In this document: positions 8,858-18,735 of the stretch, in pieces
Numbering within the stretch: the first letter of the stretch is position 1
How the letters are laid out: the number at the start of each line of letters is the position of its first letter
Origin: Erysipelotrichaceae bacterium
GTDB taxonomy: Bacteria; Bacillota_I; Bacilli_A; RFN20; CAG-826
Assembly: GCA_031271635.1 (NCBI GenBank)
Contig: JAISVG010000084.1
Location: 1 to 45,090, forward strand
DNA length: 45,090 nt
Direction: 5' to 3'
Made by a program: the position numbers and the translations under genes
Notes under the pieces: model-generated
Database searches by the model: none
What the model saw: only the letters and a program-made list of their open reading frames with translations
Told to the model about the DNA's origin: nothing

Positions 8858-9649
8858 TTAATCCTGCAGTGAAATAAAGTTTTTCATCAGGGTTAATCTT
8901 GTTAGTAATCCGACTCCTCCGGGAACAGGAGATTGGAACAATACGCTCTGATTTGGAGCTACATCGCCTTCTAAACCATCAGTACCGTGATTAATTCCCA
9001 CATCAATAATAACCGCATCTTTCTTATAGTGAGGATAATTAAGGAAATGGGCTTTTCCGATTGCAACAACAATAAGATCGGCTAATTGGATGAAAGCATC
9101 CATGCTCTCCTTAGTGGTTCGCGAATGAGTCAAAATAGTACTCATGTTTTCTTTAAGAAGCAGCTTCGCCATGGGCTTACCGACAATATTTGATCTCCCA
9201 ATAATTAAGGCATTTTTGCCAGAAAAAACATAATTATTGGCTTTTAAATAAGTGACAATTCCTTGCGGAGTACAGGGAGAACATTTTGAGAGCGGATGAA
9301 AACCATCAACATCTTTATCAGGAGTCACCGTTTGTTTAATAGTGGTCTCGTTAATATGTACCGGAAGGGGCATTTGAACAATTAGACCTCCGACATCGGG
9401 ATTTTTATTAAGTTGTTTGATTTTTCGAATGAGAAGAGTCTCACTGATGGCAGGATCAAACTTGAGGAGACGTGCTTTAATTCCAACTTCAGCACAATCT
9501 TTCAGTTTGCCTTTAATATAAGAGTTAGAAGCTGGATCATCATTAACCTGAACAATCACAAACTCACGATGAATCTTAAGAGTAGCGACCTCTTCTTTGA
9601 GTTTCTTTTTTTCACTTGTTACATAGTCTTTGATGTTCATAAATTCCAT
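8858..9649 (-). CDS. folD: Bifunctional methylenetetrahydrofolate dehydrogenase/cyclohydrolase
   Basis: Motifs SNSYIKGKLK, DVDGFHP, GRSNIVGKPMA and PVPGGVGLLT are present. The start may be the MNIK Met 3 codons inside the track ORF. Confidence 0.9.
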   Translation of the reverse strand: MEFMNIKDYVTSEKKKLKEEVATLKIHREFVIVQVNDDPASNSYIKGKLKDCAEVGIKARLLKFDPAISETLLIRKIKQLNKNPDVGGLIVQMPLPVHINETTIKQTVTPDKDVDGFHPLSKCSPCTPQGIVTYLKANNYVFSGKNALIIGRSNIVGKPMAKLLLKENMSTILTHSRTTKESMDAFIQLADLIVVAIGKAHFLNYPHYKKDAVIIDVGINHGTDGLEGDVAPNQSVLFQSPVPGGVGLLTRLTLMKNFISLQD

Positions 9650-9673
9650 ATGGTTATTTTACTTAAAATAAAT

Positions 9674-9701
9674 AAAAAAACTTCCAAATTCGTCTTGGAA
9701 G
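9674..9701 (-). terminator. Rho-independent terminator after secG
   Basis: On the minus strand the hairpin CTTCCAA-GACGAAT-TTGGAAG is followed by TTTTTTT. Confidence 0.55.
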
Positions 9702-9722
9702 CTTATGTTAAAGTGTTTTTTG

Positions 9723-9959
9723 TTAGGCTTGATAAGTAGTAATTAAAACGGCAATAAAAGAGAAGATGATGACGAGAATAAGGGTAATCCAAGAAATCAC
9801 AAGTTCTGAACCTCGTTCTTTAGTTTTAGCGAAAACATTTAAACCGCCACCAGTAATTGCTCCTGAGGCCCCCTCTGACTTACCGCCTTGTAATAATGAA
9901 AGCACAATTACTAAAAGTGCGACGATTAAGAATATAATGTCATTCCACTGTAAACTCAC
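9723..9959 (-). CDS. secG: Preprotein translocase subunit SecG
   Basis: 78 aa with two TM helices flanking the Gly-rich loop LQGGKSEGASGAITGGG. It has a GTG start and a GAGGAGG RBS 9 nt upstream. Confidence 0.7.
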   Translation of the reverse strand: MSLQWNDIIFLIVALLVIVLSLLQGGKSEGASGAITGGGLNVFAKTKERGSELVISWITLILVIIFSFIAVLITTYQA

Positions 9960-10040
9960 CTGTTAGAACCTCCTCTTGATATTAATATCAATCAACTTAT
10001 TTTAGCATATAATCATCATTTGTAAAGCAATATTAATCGC

Positions 10041-12017
10041 TTACTTATTCATCGCACGGAGTTCAAGAATAATATCTCTTAATTCGGCGGCACGTTCAAA
10101 GTTTAATTGCTTGGCTGCTTCACGCATCTCCTTTTCAAAGTCTCTCAGGTATTTATTAATCTCATTCCGTGATAATTTCCCATCAATAATCTTTTTAATG
10201 GTGGTCTCTCCTTTATCCTTAATGCTAATTGGAGGACGAATTTCTTTAAAAACCGTTTGAGGAATAATATGATTGAGCTTGTTATACTCTTCTTGAATGC
10301 CTCTTCTGCGGTTAGTTTCATTAATAGCCGTTTTCATAGAGTCGGTAAGATTATCAGCATACATCATGACTTCGCCATTAACATTTCTGGCAGTTCTTCC
10401 AATGATCTGGATGAGTGACCTGGACGATCTTAAAAAGCCTTCTTTATCAGCATCAAGAATAGCAATGAGAGATACTTCTGGTAAATCAATTCCCTCACGA
10501 ATTAAATTAATGCCAACTAGAATATCATATTTACCTTTTCGAAATTCGTACAGGGTTTCAAGTCGTTCAAGTGTTTTAACTTCATTATGTAAATAAGTGA
10601 CTTTATACTTCATGTTTTTTAAATACGTCGTCAAATCCTCGGCCATTTTAATTGTTAAAGCCACAATGATAACTCGCTCATTCTTTTCAATTCTTTTATT
10701 AATCTGTGCAATAAGATGATCAATCTGACCATTTGTCGGGACCACGGTTATCTTTGGGTCAAGGAGTCCGGTGGGACGAATGATTTGCTCAACCCATTTA
10801 TTTCCCGCTCGCTTTAGTTCATAATCACCAGGAGTAGCGGAAGTACAAATTGTCTGTGGCATAATTTGTTCAAACTCTGCAAAAGAAAGCGGACGATTAT
10901 CTAAAGCACTAGGTAATCTAAAACCATATTCAACTAGATTTAGTTTGCGACTGCGATCACCACCATACATGCCGTGAAGTTGCGGGATGGTAACGTGAGA
11001 TTCATCAATAACTAGAAGATAATCATCTTTGAAATAATCAAGGAGGCAAAAGGGTCTACTACCTTCCGCGCGTTGATCGATATAACGGGAATAGTTTTCA
11101 ATTCCAGCCGTCATTCCAAATTCCAGCATTGAATCAACATCCTGTTTGGTACGGTTCTCAATTCTTTCGGCTTCAAGAGGCTTGTTATTTTGAAGGAAGT
11201 ATTCAACTCGTGCGATCATTTCCTTTAAAATAGGTGTTGTTGCCTCTTTAATGCGCAAGGCAGTTGAAGCATGTTCATAAGCAGGAAAGATGGGAAGTGA
11301 TTTATAGCTTTCGACTTTACTGCCACTTACAATTTCAATTTTAGCAATGGATTCAATAACATCATCAAAGGTATCAATGCGATAAAGATAGTCTTTAGTA
11401 TGAGGAGGAACAATATCGATAATATCACCATTAGTGCGGAAGGTTCCGGGCTGATAGTCATAAGAGTTTTTTGCGTATTGAGCGTTAATTAGATTTGAAA
11501 GCAGTAAATGGCGATCAAGTTTTTCACCAGTACGAAGATAGAAGACGAGATTTCGATATTCATCAGGATCAGTGAGACCATAGATTGAGGCTACCGAAGC
11601 GACAACAATCGTGTCTCTTCGTTCTAAGATGGAATTAATCGCGGAAGTGCGCATCATTTCGATTTCTTCATTCATTAAAGCTGTTTTCTCAATGTAGGTG
11701 TCAGACTTAGGAAGGTAGGCTTCAGGCTGATAAAAATCAAAGTTTGAGACAAAGTATTCGACACGATTATGGGGGAATAACTCTTTAAACTCTTCATATA
11801 ATTGTCCGGCAAGAGTTTTATTATGAACTAAAACGAGAGTAGTTTTTTGGACTCTTTCAATGACGTTAGCAATCGTAAAAGTTTTTCCAGTTCCAGTGGC
11901 CCCAAGGAGTACTTGAAGCGCTTCGCCATCATTAATTCCGGTTACTAAACTTTCGATGGCTTTTGGTTGGTCACCAGTCGGGTGAAAGGGAGAAACAATT
12001 TTGAACTCGTGACTCAT
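10041..12017 (-). CDS. uvrB: Excinuclease ABC subunit B
   Basis: 658 aa with GATGTGKTF (Walker A), VIDESH, helicase motifs and a C-terminal UVR domain (FERAAELRD). Confidence 0.95.
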   Translation of the reverse strand: MSHEFKIVSPFHPTGDQPKAIESLVTGINDGEALQVLLGATGTGKTFTIANVIERVQKTTLVLVHNKTLAGQLYEEFKELFPHNRVEYFVSNFDFYQPEAYLPKSDTYIEKTALMNEEIEMMRTSAINSILERRDTIVVASVASIYGLTDPDEYRNLVFYLRTGEKLDRHLLLSNLINAQYAKNSYDYQPGTFRTNGDIIDIVPPHTKDYLYRIDTFDDVIESIAKIEIVSGSKVESYKSLPIFPAYEHASTALRIKEATTPILKEMIARVEYFLQNNKPLEAERIENRTKQDVDSMLEFGMTAGIENYSRYIDQRAEGSRPFCLLDYFKDDYLLVIDESHVTIPQLHGMYGGDRSRKLNLVEYGFRLPSALDNRPLSFAEFEQIMPQTICTSATPGDYELKRAGNKWVEQIIRPTGLLDPKITVVPTNGQIDHLIAQINKRIEKNERVIIVALTIKMAEDLTTYLKNMKYKVTYLHNEVKTLERLETLYEFRKGKYDILVGINLIREGIDLPEVSLIAILDADKEGFLRSSRSLIQIIGRTARNVNGEVMMYADNLTDSMKTAINETNRRRGIQEEYNKLNHIIPQTVFKEIRPPISIKDKGETTIKKIIDGKLSRNEINKYLRDFEKEMREAAKQLNFERAAELRDIILELRAMNK

Positions 12018-12928
12018 TTCTTTTTTGTCCCCTCAAGCCCGTGAGTTTTCTTGACATCAGAAATGACAATGCTCGCTTTTGAATCGGTGGCAAGAATCTG
12101 ATTTTTGATGGTGTGATAGTCTTTATTCTCAATAATAACTCGTACCATTTTGCGACTATCATCATCGTTTTCAAGGGTGACAATTGAGGGCTTTTTATCA
12201 GAAACCTTGGCTAAAAGAGCGTCAATCTTGAGGTAGTCACTTGAAATGACTTCAATGAGGATTGACTTCCGATTATTAATGTAAATAATTTGGATCATCA
12301 AGGCCGTAGTTAGTGCGGAAAGAATTCCAATGAGACATGAAATGAATTGATCATTAGGAAGCGCGATCATGGCACTAAGAATAATCGCGGCATCAATTGC
12401 AATTGAAGAGATGGACTCTTTTACTTTAAAGTATTTATAGAGGATGAAATAAATAATATCAACCCCGCCAGTAGAACCTTTACCGACAAAGGTAAGAGCA
12501 CAACCAACGCCAACAAAAGCCCCTCCAAAAATGCCGTTAATAAGTAGTAAAGCATTATCGCGAACTCCGTTAACCATTGGATCAACTAAGGCTGCTAAGT
12601 CAAGAAAGAGAGGCACACGAGTAAAAAGCATTAAAGCTAAAGGATAGACAATAGTTGAGATAAGAGTATTAATGGCAAATTTTATTCCCAAAACAAAAAG
12701 TCCAATAAAGAAGAGAATCCAACTGAGGATTAAAACAAAAAGCGAGACATCAAAACCAGTAAAATTATAAACAATGATACCGATTCCCGAGAGACCTCCG
12801 GCAACAATATCTGACTCAATTAGGAAAATTGCAGTTCCAAAAGCGAGGATGATGCTTCCAACAATTACAAAAAGGGCATTAATTAAATTCTGTTTAGTAC
12901 AAAATGCCTTAATATTTATTCTTTTCAT
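12014..12928 (-). CDS. YitT-family membrane protein with a C-terminal DUF2179-like domain
   Basis: Polytopic N-terminal region (AGGLSGIGII, GGVDIIYFIL) plus a soluble C-terminal domain. ATGA overlaps occur with prfB upstream and uvrB downstream. Confidence 0.7.
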   Translation of the reverse strand: MKRINIKAFCTKQNLINALFVIVGSIILAFGTAIFLIESDIVAGGLSGIGIIVYNFTGFDVSLFVLILSWILFFIGLFVLGIKFAINTLISTIVYPLALMLFTRVPLFLDLAALVDPMVNGVRDNALLLINGIFGGAFVGVGCALTFVGKGSTGGVDIIYFILYKYFKVKESISSIAIDAAIILSAMIALPNDQFISCLIGILSALTTALMIQIIYINNRKSILIEVISSDYLKIDALLAKVSDKKPSIVTLENDDDSRKMVRVIIENKDYHTIKNQILATDSKASIVISDVKKTHGLEGTKKK

Positions 12929-14023
12929 TTAATCCACCTCAAATAACTAAAGAGAAAACCATCAATCTCGCCAGCCATGACTCCAGCGACATCGGGAGTC
13001 GAATAACTCGTGCGACGATCTTTAACTAAAGTGTAAGGACAAAAAGTATATGATCTAATTTGTGACCCCCAACTAATTTCAAGTTTCTCACCAATAATTG
13101 AATTTAAGGAATCTTGTTTTTTCTGCGTTTCAAGATGATATAGTTTGGCTTTTAACATTCTCAGTGCCTGCTCTTTATTTAGTAATTGTGATCGTTCCGT
13201 TTGACACGCACTAACAAGGCCAGTTGGTAAATGAGTGATTCTCACGGCAGATTCCACTTTATTTACATTTTGCCCGCCAGCACCACCGGAGCGATAGGTA
13301 TCAATTTTAAGATCCTTATCGTCAATTACAATATTGATATCATGAGTAAAATCTGGGATGACATTCACACTGGCAAAGGAGGTATGTCTCCTTCCGCTTG
13401 AATCAAAAGGAGAGATTCGTTCCAGACGGTGTACTCCTCTTTCTCCCTTGAGGAGACCATAAATGTTCTTACCGCTGATTTTGAAACTAACGCTTTTAAT
13501 GCCAACTTCGTTTCCGAGTAGTTGGTCAAGAATTTCTAATTCAAACTCTTTTTTCTCGGCCCAACGGACATACATCCTAAATAGCATTTCGGCCCAATCA
13601 TGAGATTCAGTACCTCCTGCCCCAGGATGAATTTCAATAATGGCATTTAAATTATCAAATTCTTTAGTGAATAAAGATCGATTTTCGAATTCAAGAAACT
13701 GTTCTTGGAGTTTGCTAAATTCGCTGTCGATATTCTTTACTGTTTCTTCATCACTCTCATCAACTAATTCAATTAAATCTAGTAAAGAATTAATAGAAGT
13801 TTCAAGATAACTAAATCTTTCAAGAGTAGTTTCTTTTTCTTTTAATTCACTTAAATACTCTTGTGCGGTTTTCGGGTTGTCCCAAAAATCATCTTGGCTT
13901 GAGATTATTCTTAATTCATCGATACGGTGATTGATGTTAGCGACTTCAAAGTGAATCGCCTAACTCTTGAAGGGATTTTTTGTAAGTGGTTAAGAAATTT
14001 CTAATTTCATATAAAGAAATCAT
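12925..14023 (-). CDS. prfB: Peptide chain release factor 2, requiring a programmed +1 frameshift
   Basis: Frame A runs 14023->13949 (MISLYEIRNFLTTYKKSLQELGDSL) and ends at in-frame TGA 13948-13946. Shifting +1 after CTT continues as EVANINHRIDEL...DFWDNP...HPGAGGTESHDWAEMLFRMYVRW into track ORF 12925-13587, which carries SPF and GGQ motifs. The total is 365 aa. Confidence 0.9.
13945..13951 (-). other. prfB +1 recoding site CUU UGA A
   Basis: The minus strand reads ...GGC GAT TCA CTT TGA AGT C...; both reading frames were reconstructed by hand. Confidence 0.85.
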
Positions 14024-16437
14024 TATTTCTCGCCTCCTTCAGTTTTAGGCGCCTCATCATTATCGGGATTAGGGGTTGTGGCCTCATCAGGTTTCTTTAT
14101 TTGAACCTTGGCATTTAGAAGATTGAGAACGGTTTCCGTTGAAGCATTATCAATCATTTCGTTAAAATGAGCGTATCCCTCATTAACATAATCATATAAA
14201 GGATTTGAAGATCCATAACTACGAAGATGAATACCTTCTCGGAGTCGTGCCATATCATCAATATGTTTGGTCCAGTTGCGGTCTAATAAAGAAAGCGCGA
14301 AATGTTTCTCGACTTGATGAGTAATTTCTTCACCCCACCGCTCTTTTCTTTCCTGATAGGCTTTTAAAAGAATGTCGGTCACATCTTCAGCAACTTCATC
14401 AGCTGGAGATTCATTAAATAACTCGGCTTTAATACTATCTTCAGGGAGGAATTTTGGTTCAAGAAGCTTCTTTAGAGTCTCTCCAGAAATAATCTTTTCC
14501 GGATTTTTCCCCGGTAAAACTGCTTTATTTGTTAAATACTTGCCAGTAGTTTTGAAGAAATCATTAATGATGTCATCAATATTCGGGGCGAAAAGCATTT
14601 TATCACGCATCCCATAGATAATCTTTCTTTGTTTCGAAAGTACATCGTCATAATCAAGTAGATTCTTACGAGTATCAAAGTTTTGACCCTCAATACGCTT
14701 TTGTGCGGAAGAAATTGCTCCTGAGAACATTTTGTTTTCAATATGATCATCACCAAATGTCTTTGATAGTTTGACGAAAGCATCGCTTGAAAAGCGCTGC
14801 ATCAATTCATCATCAAATGAGACATAGAACCGAGAATAGCCAGGATCACCCTGACGACCTGCACGGCCACGAAGTTGGTTATCAATCCGTCTTGCCTCAT
14901 GTCTTTCAGTTCCTAAAACAGCGAGACCGCCAAGGGCCTTAACTTCATCACTAATCTTAATATCGGTACCACGACCTGCCATGTTAGTAGCAAGAGTAAT
15001 CGCACCTTTTTCTCCAGCACGAGCAATAATCTCTGCCTCACGAGCGTGGTTCTTAGCATTTAGAATTTCATGTGGTAGTCCGGCAGCATCGAGGAGTTTT
15101 GAGACTTCTTCTGATGATTCAACGGACACCGTTCCAATAAGAAGTGGTTGTCCTTTTTCATGTCGTTCTTGAGCCTCAGCCACCAGAGCAGCCAACTTAG
15201 CGCGCTTGTTGCCAAAAATTTTATCACCAGCATCGATTCTAGCAATTTGACGATTGGTCGGGATTTGAATCACTCGCATGTTATAAATTTTGCGGAACTC
15301 TTCTTCCTCGGTCTTAGCAGTACCGGTCATTCCTGATAGTTTTAAATATTGACGGAAGAAATTTTGGTAGGTAACAGTAGCCATGGTAATGGTCTCTTGT
15401 TTAATCTTTACATTTTCTTTTGCCTGAATTGCTTGTTGAAGTCCATCAGAATATTCTCTCCCTTTTAGGACGCGACCAGTAAATTGATCGATTAATTGAA
15501 TTTCGCCCTCAGCATCAACCATGTATTCAACATCGCGACCCATAATGTAGTTTGCTTTCAGGGCTTGGTGAATACGGTGTACTAAATCAGCATATTCAGG
15601 ATCATAAAGGTTTTTAATTCCGAACATTCGTTCTGCCTTAGTATTTCCTTCATCAGTCAGATTAGCGGTCTTAGTCTTAATATCAATTACAAAATCTTTC
15701 TCGCGTTGTAAAAGTTTCACAAAACGATCGGCAACGGTATACTGTGAAGCCGAGGCTTTGGAGCCGCCAGAGATAATTAATGGGGTTCGAGACTCATCAA
15801 TTAGAATGGAGTCGGCTTCATCAATAACGGCGTATTCAAGACCGCGAAGCACGCGGCGATTCGGGTCTTGAGACATATTATCGCGAAGATAATCAAAGCC
15901 GACTTCTGAATTGGTTGTATATGTAATGTCACATAAATAAGCGGCTTTCTTCTCATCTGGGCTTTTCTCACGAAGATTGACTCCGACAGTTAAACCTAAG
16001 TAGCGATAGATTTGTCCCATCCATTCGGCGTCTCTTTGGGCTAGGTATTCGTTAACTGTGACGACATGAACCCCTTTTCCTTGTAAGGCATTAAGATAGA
16101 CCGCCATTGTCGCGGTTAAGGTTTTTCCTTCACCAGTTTTCATCTCAGCAACATCACCCTCATTTAAGACCAAGGCCCCCATTACTTGAACTTTAAAAGG
16201 GAATTGTCCAAGAGTTCTTTGTGCTGCCTCGCGAGCTACTGCAAAGGCCTCATATTTAATATCTTCAATGGTTTTTCCTTCACTTAATAGTTTTCTAAAA
16301 TGATCAGTTTTTGCTTCTAAACTAATATCACTTAAAGCGCGCATTTCTTTTTCATAAGCAAGCACTTTGTCAGCGAGTTTAGAATACTTCTTGATGGCGC
16401 GAGCATCAAACCGGAATACTTTGTCAATAAAACCCAT
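14023..16437 (-). CDS. secA: Preprotein translocase ATPase SecA
   Basis: 804 aa with MKTGEGKTL, VTVNEYLA, DEADSILIDE and TNMAGRGTDI. Its stop overlaps the prfB start (TAATG). Confidence 0.95.
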   Translation of the reverse strand: MGFIDKVFRFDARAIKKYSKLADKVLAYEKEMRALSDISLEAKTDHFRKLLSEGKTIEDIKYEAFAVAREAAQRTLGQFPFKVQVMGALVLNEGDVAEMKTGEGKTLTATMAVYLNALQGKGVHVVTVNEYLAQRDAEWMGQIYRYLGLTVGVNLREKSPDEKKAAYLCDITYTTNSEVGFDYLRDNMSQDPNRRVLRGLEYAVIDEADSILIDESRTPLIISGGSKASASQYTVADRFVKLLQREKDFVIDIKTKTANLTDEGNTKAERMFGIKNLYDPEYADLVHRIHQALKANYIMGRDVEYMVDAEGEIQLIDQFTGRVLKGREYSDGLQQAIQAKENVKIKQETITMATVTYQNFFRQYLKLSGMTGTAKTEEEEFRKIYNMRVIQIPTNRQIARIDAGDKIFGNKRAKLAALVAEAQERHEKGQPLLIGTVSVESSEEVSKLLDAAGLPHEILNAKNHAREAEIIARAGEKGAITLATNMAGRGTDIKISDEVKALGGLAVLGTERHEARRIDNQLRGRAGRQGDPGYSRFYVSFDDELMQRFSSDAFVKLSKTFGDDHIENKMFSGAISSAQKRIEGQNFDTRKNLLDYDDVLSKQRKIIYGMRDKMLFAPNIDDIINDFFKTTGKYLTNKAVLPGKNPEKIISGETLKKLLEPKFLPEDSIKAELFNESPADEVAEDVTDILLKAYQERKERWGEEITHQVEKHFALSLLDRNWTKHIDDMARLREGIHLRSYGSSNPLYDYVNEGYAHFNEMIDNASTETVLNLLNAKVQIKKPDEATTPNPDNDEAPKTEGGEK

Positions 16438-16479
16438 ATTTCTCCTTAAAACAATCTATATGATACCATAAAATCCTGA

Positions 16480-16497
16480 CACCTTCATAAGAAGGTG
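16480..16497 (-). terminator. Hairpin between comFC and secA (weak terminator or attenuator)
   Basis: The minus strand forms CACCTTC-TTAT-GAAGGTG followed by TCAGGATTTTA. An extended -10-like TGGTATCAT follows before the secA RBS. Confidence 0.35.
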
Positions 16498-16519
16498 GAA
16501 TATTAAAAGAAAGAAGCTT

Positions 16520-17146
16520 TTACTCCTCATCAATTTTGAAGACTTTAGCAAGGACTAGAACTTGAATTTTTCTTGGTTGATAGGGAAGAATCAAGTCAAT
16601 CATTGCTCTAATTGTCGCTCCGGTCGTATAGACATCATCAAAAATCATGGCGTTTTTGCCGCTAAGTTTACTACCATCAATGATTTCTAACTTGCTTAAG
16701 ATATTTTGTCTTGCCTCAAGGGAAAGATCACTTTGCTTAAAATCTTGTTTCTTGGTGATGCCACTGAAGGTATTAAGATGATATGGTTTAAGGATTTCCT
16801 CAAGATGAGAGAAACCCCTTGCTGAAATTCTTTCTTTACTTGATGGAGCAAGAATGAAAAGCCAATTACGAAACCGATACTGGATATAATTTGCATAATA
16901 ATCAAGAAAAATTGGTGCTAGTTCAAGATCGCCACAGCCCTTATATCGGAAAAGTATTTCACGGAAGAAGGCGCTATATTCATAAAGAAAAGTGATTTTA
17001 AATCCTTTCTCCTTTCCCTTAAGATTTAATTGGATTAACTGTTCTTGGCATTTACGACAAAGATAATTTGTTTCTTTCATTAATGAATGAATTGTGTCTA
17101 AGGTAAAAGTTTTAAAACAACACTTACAGATGTTGGTTGTAACCAT
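16520..17146 (-). CDS. comFC: ComF-family protein (ComFC; phosphoribosyltransferase fold with N-terminal zinc finger)
   Basis: CKCCFKTF...CRKCQEQL zinc finger and PRT motif MIFDDVYTTGATIRA. I start it at MVTTNICKCC (17146). The longer track ORF (to 17326) runs antisense-free but lies inside comFA. Confidence 0.75.
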   Translation of the reverse strand: MVTTNICKCCFKTFTLDTIHSLMKETNYLCRKCQEQLIQLNLKGKEKGFKITFLYEYSAFFREILFRYKGCGDLELAPIFLDYYANYIQYRFRNWLFILAPSSKERISARGFSHLEEILKPYHLNTFSGITKKQDFKQSDLSLEARQNILSKLEIIDGSKLSGKNAMIFDDVYTTGATIRAMIDLILPYQPRKIQVLVLAKVFKIDEE

Positions 17147-18269
17147 TAATTGTCGCCACTGCTTTAACAATGTGTTCCTCCTTTTTTGCGGCAAGAATCG
17201 AAATATCACCATGAGGAAAGTCCTTTTTCCTGCCGGCTCTCCCACTGATTTGGATGAGAGTTGCTGCGTCATAGATATGATTATCGCTAAAGAGGATGAT
17301 AAGTTGAATATTAGCAAAAGTGACACCTCTTTCTAAGACTGAAGTTGTCACTAAGTAATTAAGGTTTCCTGTCTTTAGAGCCTCAATTAACTCATATCGC
17401 TTATTGACTTTCGAATTGATGTAGTTACCTTTTTTAACGAAAATATTAAGAAGATAATAAATGATTTTTGATAACTCAATAGTCGGGACAAAAACCAAAC
17501 ATGGTCGTTTCGTCCGTGCGTACATTTTTAGTTTCCTGATTGCAAAAATTATCTGCAAAACAGCTATCTTTTTATAAAACACAGGAATGGGAATGGGTTG
17601 TTTATGAAACCTGGTAAAAAGCGAATGAATTGGATAATTTCTTTCCTTGAAATATGTAATTATTGCTTCGCTAGGAGTGGCTGATAAAAGCAAATAACTC
17701 CCTCTTAATGCATTTTGAAAGAAGGCTTTTAAGAGTGCGTTATTTTTGAAAGGGAAGGCATCGATTTCATCCATGATAATTAAATCAAAATAGTGATCAT
17801 ATCGATATAACTGATGATTGGTCATAATAAGAATGTCGGCAATGGTTTCATTACTATGCCCGCCGTAAATTGCGACAACATGATTGTTCTTAAAGATGCT
17901 TTTGAAGCGTCTTTCCATTTCGATAACAACATCTTTTCGTGGCACCACAAAGGCGACATTATGACTTTGTTTTAACGCATAACTAATCGTTTTTAAAACT
18001 AATTCGGTTTTCCCGGCACCACACACCGCATATACAAGAGCGTTCCTCCCCTTTTGATAATCTAAAAGCAGGTCATCAGCAATGGTTTCTTGTTCTTTTG
18101 AAAGTTCATAATCAAGTGAATACTCAAAATGCTGCAGATGACGTTTTTGATATGGAATCTTTTTTCCATTAAAAGTGGTGCATAAGCGACAGTATGGAAC
18201 CCCATTCTTGATTCCAATACTAAGAGGTTCTTGATTATGACAGATAGGACATACGAAAACACTACTCAT
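17124..18269 (-). CDS. comFA: ComFA-like DEAD/DEAH-box helicase (competence DNA-uptake ATPase)
   Basis: N-terminal zinc finger CPICHNQ..CRLC, then AVCGAGKTE, MDEIDAF, SATP and QISGRAGRK. The first ATG is at 18269; the track start at 18323 is a TTG inside rpiB. Confidence 0.75.
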   Translation of the reverse strand: MSSVFVCPICHNQEPLSIGIKNGVPYCRLCTTFNGKKIPYQKRHLQHFEYSLDYELSKEQETIADDLLLDYQKGRNALVYAVCGAGKTELVLKTISYALKQSHNVAFVVPRKDVVIEMERRFKSIFKNNHVVAIYGGHSNETIADILIMTNHQLYRYDHYFDLIIMDEIDAFPFKNNALLKAFFQNALRGSYLLLSATPSEAIITYFKERNYPIHSLFTRFHKQPIPIPVFYKKIAVLQIIFAIRKLKMYARTKRPCLVFVPTIELSKIIYYLLNIFVKKGNYINSKVNKRYELIEALKTGNLNYLVTTSVLERGVTFANIQLIILFSDNHIYDAATLIQISGRAGRKKDFPHGDISILAAKKEEHIVKAVATINGYNQHL

Positions 18270-18297
18270 GTTTTCTAATAGGCAAAAAGAGACTAAT

Positions 18298-18735
18298 TTA
18301 GCAGATTTTTTCGATATCTGCAACTCTTTTAGCGTGTCTTTCGCCTAAGAAAGTTGCACTTAAGAAGATTTCAACGCGTCTTAAAACATCTTTAAGATCC
18401 ATGGTTCGACTTCCAAAGGAAATCATGTTGGCATTATTATGTTGTACGATTAATGAAGCAACCGCGTCATCATAACCAATGCCGCATCTAATTCCAGCCA
18501 CCTTATTAGCGGCAATCATAATACCTTCACCAGTTCCACAAACAAGAACTCCAAGATCCGCAGCCTTCGCAATAATCTTTTTTCCGGCCTCATGTCCATA
18601 AGATGGATAGCCAACACTTTCAGTGGAAAAGGTCCCAACATCAACGACCTGATAACCGAGTTTAACTAAATGTTTTTTAATGGCTTCTTTATATTCAAAG
18701 CCAGCATGATCAGAGCCAACAACAATGTTTTTCAT
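18298..18735 (-). CDS. rpiB: Ribose-5-phosphate isomerase B
   Basis: MKNIVVGSDHAGF..., GVLVCGTGEGIMIAANK and the family-typical length. RBS GGGAGAA. It has an ATGA overlap with the tsaC stop. Confidence 0.85.
   Translation of the reverse strand: MKNIVVGSDHAGFEYKEAIKKHLVKLGYQVVDVGTFSTESVGYPSYGHEAGKKIIAKAADLGVLVCGTGEGIMIAANKVAGIRCGIGYDDAVASLIVQHNNANMISFGSRTMDLKDVLRRVEIFLSATFLGERHAKRVADIEKIC

Noticed and set aside
14372-15336. Five short ORFs inside secA; also 10297-10596 in uvrB, 11971-12183, 9413-9739 and 9766-9966
   Set aside because: They are antisense or alternate-frame shadows of highly conserved genes.
17094-17336. N-terminal extension of the comFC track ORF (to 17326) and the plus-strand ORF 17094-17336
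   Set aside because: The extension overlaps about 200 nt of comFA and translates to non-conserved sequence. ComFC homology begins at the CKCC zinc finger, right after Met 17146.
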